A stretch of DNA of 64,000 bases, from assembly GCA_964016885.1 (NCBI GenBank), contig OZ024745.1:128402001-128466000 (forward strand). Direction: 5' to 3'. The notes under the pieces were generated by a model, which made no database searches, was not told where the DNA came from, and was given only the letters and a program-made list of their open reading frames with translations. Position numbers and translations under genes: made by a program. How positions within the stretch are numbered: position 1 is the stretch's first letter; the number at the start of each line of letters is the position of its first letter. Positions 58,530 to 64,000 of this stretch are shown here, piece by piece. This DNA comes from Eledone cirrhosa (lineage: Eukaryota).

Positions 58530-59173
58530 ATCTAAACTATAATAACGTAAGGAGTGCGGGACTGCGTCCAGAATATGTTTTTTATCTCGTTTGTAAAATA
58601 AGTTGGATTACTTTGAATAAATAATTGTTTCTACTTTAGGCACAAGGCCAGCAATTACCCAGTGCATTACTGGTACTATATTTTATCTACCCCGTAAGGA
58701 TGAAAGGCAAAGTCAACCTTGGCGGGATTTGAACTCAGATCGTAAAGGGACGAAACTATGCTGGAAAGCATGGTGTCCAATGAATGAATATTACATAATT
58801 TATCTACTAGTTTTCGTTATTCTTGATTAAATATAAATAATTTTGTTGTTTATTTTAAGATTCACTTCTTTAAAATTTTCAAATGTCAACACTTCCGGTT
58901 AGCGATCGTTTAAATAAACATTCATATATTTCCGTCACTAATTTTCTCCTAATGCAGTTTATATATAATATCGTCTTTTTTTATGTATCCTGGATTACGT
59001 TACCGATTACATAAGACAGTGTAACGCAGTCTTCGTTCAATTTCTGTGTATATTGTCAATTACGATTTTATTTGATGTATCATATCTACATATATATATA
59101 TACTTGCGTATAATATCAATATACACACTACACATGCTAGCAGAAAACCACCCGAAGGGTTGTTTTTCTGATA
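58530..59173 (+). repeat. Duplicate of 23555-24228 including SINE S1 (58622-58779, minus)
   Basis: Collinear similarity. Confidence 0.9.
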
Positions 59174-59282
59174 GTTTAGTTTAATGGTAAGTTAATTTCG
59201 GCGAGATTTGAACTTGGAACATAATGGGTCTTTCTCTTGCATCTGCAATTTTCGACCGTTTATTAGATTGCGTCAGGGTGAC

Positions 59283-59725
59283 CAGGGTCGAATTTAGACC
59301 TTGGGCAGCCCCGGGCACGTCATACACAAAAAATTTAGAATGCACATCTAACCCCCCAATTTTATATGTCAAAGTTAGCTTGGCGCAAGTAATTGGAATT
59401 GAAAAGTTATACATACAGCTATTGAATTAACAAATTCTAACCATTCTAAAAAAAAAACCCAGCTGAGGGCACAAATAAATTGTTACGGTCTTCGCTGGTG
59501 AAGACCCCTACTGAATGGAGACTAGGACAATTAACCCCTTTGTCCCCCCCCTCCCCCCATCAAATCTGACCCTGAGAAGAAGGAGTTCTAGATTGATTGT
59601 TTTATCACATCTTAAACAGAGCAGTGGATTGGGAAAGTTGTTAGAGCTGATCCCCCCTACACTGGGGACCGGGGAAATTGTCACCTGCCCATCCACCCAC
59701 ACACACACAATTAAATCAGGCCCTG
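59283..59725. mobile_element. Putative hAT-like MITE
   Basis: Imperfect TIRs cagggtcgaattta / taaatcaggccctg; no clean 8-bp TSD. Confidence 0.5.
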
Positions 59726-60271
59726 AATAGGTTTTCCTCTCGCATCTACAATTTCCGACGAACGTGTATTGGATTATGTCAAGCTGACTTATCTTTTACA
59801 CAATGTAGGAAAAAGTGTTAGTTGGCAACCGAAAGATCTTGAAAGGGTTACTAATTTCATTCAAGTCACGCGTGACCCAAATGACACTTAGTCCCTCACG
59901 ATATAGCACAGTAGATTGAAACAGAATTTAATCAAACCTCATTGTTCATATTAAATGTTCCGATTGCATTCAATAAATAAAAGAAATATGGAATTGTTTC
60001 AATTCAATGGTTTCTTTTTACTTTCTTTCTTTCTTTCTCTGTCTCACTCTCTCACTCTTTCTTCCCCTCTCTCTCTCTCTCTCTTCCTCTCTCCTTCTCT
60101 CTCTCTTTTATATATATATGTATAATATATATATATATATATATACATACATACATATATATGCGTAGATATATATATATATATGCATATCTATTGTATA
60201 TACATATATATATATATGCATATCTATATATACACATATATATATATATATGCATATCTATATATATATGC

Positions 60272-60306
<35 letters not shown>

Positions 60307-60366
60307 CACATATATATATATATATACACAGACATACCTAAACTTACACATATATTCACACACACT

Positions 60367-60402
<36 letters not shown>

Positions 60403-60875
60403 CATATCAAGCGTCCATTAGTCGTTGCTTGCGAGATTCTCTAGTAAACCGGAATTGGGCGCTAAGAATAATATTAGAGCTAAAAACTTTTCTTTCATAT
60501 AAGCGTATGTGTTTATACGTCTATATATATATGTATGTGTGTGTGTGAGTGTGTGTGAATATATGTGTAAGTTTAGGTGTGTCTGTGTCTGTCTGTGTGG
60601 GAATATATGTGTAAGTTTGTGTGTGTATGTGTATGTGTGTAAGTGTGTATGTTCATGTGTGTGTAATTATGTATGCATATGTGTGTATGTTTGTGTACGT
60701 GTGTGTATGTCTGTGTGTGTGTAAGTATGTGTATGTGTGTGTGTAAGTTAGTGTGTATGTGTAAGTTAGTGTGTGTGTGTATGTATGTTATGTGTAAGTG
60801 TGTGTGTATGTGTGTATGTGCAAGTGTGTGTGTGTGTGTGTATGTGTAACTGTTTATGTGCGTGTGTAAGTTAGT

Positions 60876-60919
<44 letters not shown>

Positions 60920-61136
60920 GTTAGTGTGTATGTGTATGTGTGTGTTTGTGTGTGTGTAAGTTAGTCTGTATGTGTATGTGTGTGTGTAAGTGTGTGTAGG
61001 TGTGAGTATGTGTGTGTTAGTGTGTGTGTGGATGTGTGTGGGTGTATGTGTGTATGTGTAAGTGTGTGTATGTGTGTTAGTGTGTGTGTGGGCGGGGGGT
61101 TCTGTGGTTGTATGTGTATTTGTGTATGTGTGTGTA

Positions 61137-61167
<31 letters not shown>

Positions 61168-61457
61168 GGGTGTAAGTGTGTGTAGGTGTGTGTAAGTGTG
61201 TGTAAGTGTGTGGGCATGTGTGGGTGTATGTGTGTGTGTGTGTGGGTGGATGTATGTGTATATGTGTATGTGTGTGTATATGTATATGTGTATGTGTGTG
61301 TATGTGTGTATATGTGTGTTAGTGTGTTATCGAATGCCAATAATAGGTTTTACTTATTTGTTTTTCTTTCAATGCCGTGGCTTTTGTTCATAAACAATTA
61401 TAGAGAAGTGATTGTTGAGTTGAGTGTGTTTTACTGTTGGTCTTCTTGTGAGCAGCG

Positions 61458-62140
61458 ACACCACCACCACCATCACCACCACCACCACCATCATCACCAT
61501 CACCATCACCACCACCATCACCATCACCACCACCATCACCACCACCACCACCATCACCACCACCACCACCACCACCACCATCATCACCATCACCATCACC
61601 ACCACCATCACCATCACCATCACCATCACCATCACCACCACCATCACCACCACCACCACCATCACCATCATCACCACCACCATCACCACCGCCACCACCA
61701 TCACCACCATCACCATCACCGTCACCATCACCATCATCATCACCATCACCATCACCATCATCATCATCACCATCATCACCATCATCACCATCATCATCAT
61801 CATCATTATCAGCAGCAACAGCAGCGATATCACCACCACCATCACCACCACCACCACCACCACCATCACCATCATTATCATCATCACCACCACCACCACC
61901 ACAGTCATCATCACCACCATCACCACCACCATCACCATCATCATCACCATGATCAACACCATCACCATCATCATCACCACCATCACCACCACCATCATCA
62001 CCATCATCACCATCACCACCATCACCATCATTATCATCACCACCACCACCACCACCACCACCACAGTCATCATCATGACCACCATGACCACCACCACCAC
62101 CAACACAATCATCATCACCACCATCATCATCATCATCACA
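61458..62140. repeat. (CAC/CAT)n array
   Basis: Directly visible; source of the poly-His ORF. Confidence 0.95.
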
Positions 62141-62278
62141 TTTATTCATATATGTTAATCATTATCTGAGTCACAATATTGCATGTTTCTCTGATACTCG
62201 TGGCAATAGCCACGAGTATCCTTTATAGAGGATTGTTCATACACAATAATGCACGAGTAATTCTGTTATTACATTCGG

Positions 62279-62440
62279 TGAAGGCGTGTGGCTGAGTGGT
62301 TAGAGAACTGGATTCGCAATCGTGAGGTTGTGAGTTCGATTCCTGGACCGGGTGATGCGTTATGTCCTTGAGCAAGACACTATATTTCACGTTGCTCCTT
62401 CTACCTGGAGTTGCGACTGATAGATAGTATTAGCAATTGG
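62279..62440 (+). mobile_element. tRNA-derived SINE head (same type as 43716)
   Basis: A/B boxes and CORE-like segment. Confidence 0.8.
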
Positions 62441-62661
62441 AAAGACCAATGGAAACATTGTTTCCTCGGTCCTATTTGACGAAATTCGATCGAAAAGGAA
62501 TACATGTACATTTGTCTTGTTGCTTTTGTTGTTGTTTCAATTTTACTGTAATTGTATTCTTTCTGATTCTACTTCCAAAGTTTTAATTTAAGTAGTCATG
62601 AAATTACTGGTATCTTGTCTATTGGTATTTCTTTGTGGCATTATTGTGTACCTACAAATGC

Positions 62662-63052
62662 GGTGTATTGGCAGTATCGGTAGGGGGTCGGGCGCCATGC
62701 GTGACAAAGAGTTACGTTCCTTTACGGTCTGAGTTCAAATCTTGCCGAGGTTAACTTTGCCTTTCATCCTTATGGGTCGATAAAATAAAGTACCAGTAAT
62801 ACACTGGGTTAATTGGTGGCCTTGTGCCAAAAATAGAAACAATTATTTTGTACCTACAAATGCGGTGGATTTGCAGTATCAATAGAGGATCGGACGCCAT
62901 GCTTTGCAACATAGAATTACGTCCCTTTACGATCTGAGTTCAAATCCTGCTGAGGTTAACTTTGCCTTTCATCCTTATGAGGTCGATAAAATAAAGTACC
63001 AGTAATGCACTGGGATAATTGCTAGCCTTGTGCCAAAAATAGAAACAATTAT
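62662..63052 (+). mobile_element. Two tandem SINE S1 copies
   Basis: Bodies at ~62662-62846 and ~62864-63052. Confidence 0.88.
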
Positions 63053-63281
63053 TTTGTACCAAACAAATGCTGAAGATCTTTTTCCTTTATAGACTGGTTT
63101 ATTTATTTTAACAAACCAATTATACATACATAATTATATATATACAATTGGCCATGCGTGGTGAGTACGGTTACACCCCTGACATGACCAAACCCAAAAC
63201 AGAAAACGGTGGAGGTCAATCAGGGAGAGGTTCCTCCAGTAGGAGTCAAAAGGCCCTGGATTGAATATATATATATATATG

Positions 63282-63363
<82 letters not shown>

Positions 63364-63544
63364 GGGAGGGTCATCTTGTAATAATATTGCCAGAATTAAT
63401 AACAGAACACACTCACTGTTTGGTTGGTTTTCGCTTCTGTAACTTTTATATCAGTTAATTTTTTCGGTACTCAATGTTTACCATTGACTGACCAACGGCC
63501 AAAAATACAGATATAATATAGATACAAACACATATATATAGTCT

Positions 63545-63586
63545 AACAAAGTTCTTTCGTTGCACATCTGCAACATCGTCAGTGGT
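63545..63586 (-). ncRNA. Hammerhead (family G)
   Basis: Minus: acca CTGACGA t gttgca-gatg-tgcaac GAAA gaac TT tgtt. Confidence 0.68.
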
Positions 63587-64000
63587 GCTATTATGTTCCT
63601 CCTGTTGTATTGTATATCTACGCCATCTTTATTTTATCTGTTTATCTATTTATTTATTTATTTGTGGAGAATACATATGAGGGAAATATATTGAACGTTT
63701 TCAGGTATTTTGTTTTAAATTTTTTATTAGATTTAATAAGATACTCAACGAATTATGTAGTCTTACTTTCAGTGTAGATTGTCTCTAGTTCTATGTGTTG
63801 ATATGTCTTAATGTACACTTAACTGTGTATGAATATATTTCAATCTCTTTCTTATAATGATTAAGGCTCGATTTTATTCTCTGAATTCTATCTTGAGCTG
63901 TTTTTAGAGACAAGACATATGTTTGATTGTGTATCATTCATGACACCCTTTACTTTGAAAGTAATAATTCTTTCTACTAGTGGCACAAGGCCAGCAATTA

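Overview
Eukaryotic, extremely microsatellite-rich, essentially non-coding 64 kb. The mix of (TA)n/(CA)n/(CAC)n/(GAAA)n tracts and SINE/LINE families suggests a coleoid cephalopod such as Octopus (inference). No intact host protein-coding gene is supportable, and almost every long ORF in the track is translated microsatellite. Real coding remnants are all transposon-derived: an R4/Dong-like restriction-like endonuclease (~40.0-40.45 kb), an RTE C-terminus (~18.6-18.8 kb), a CRE-like C-terminus (~11.7-11.8 kb), CR1/L2-group LINE relics (~4-8.7 kb) and a mariner transposase tail (~20.9-21.0 kb). The main signal is about 14 type I hammerhead-ribozyme motifs (intact to degenerate) from at least six sequence families. 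They sit in short, ORF-less, Penelope-pLTR-like modules that mostly lie in (TA)n/(TG)n tracts and often fold back into inverted repeats. One module appears to have captured a 435-bp copy of neighbouring DNA plus a LINE 3' end. The window also holds many SINE copies, MITEs, Helitron-like pieces, local duplications and a 200-N assembly gap. Element boundaries were read by eye and are approximate.
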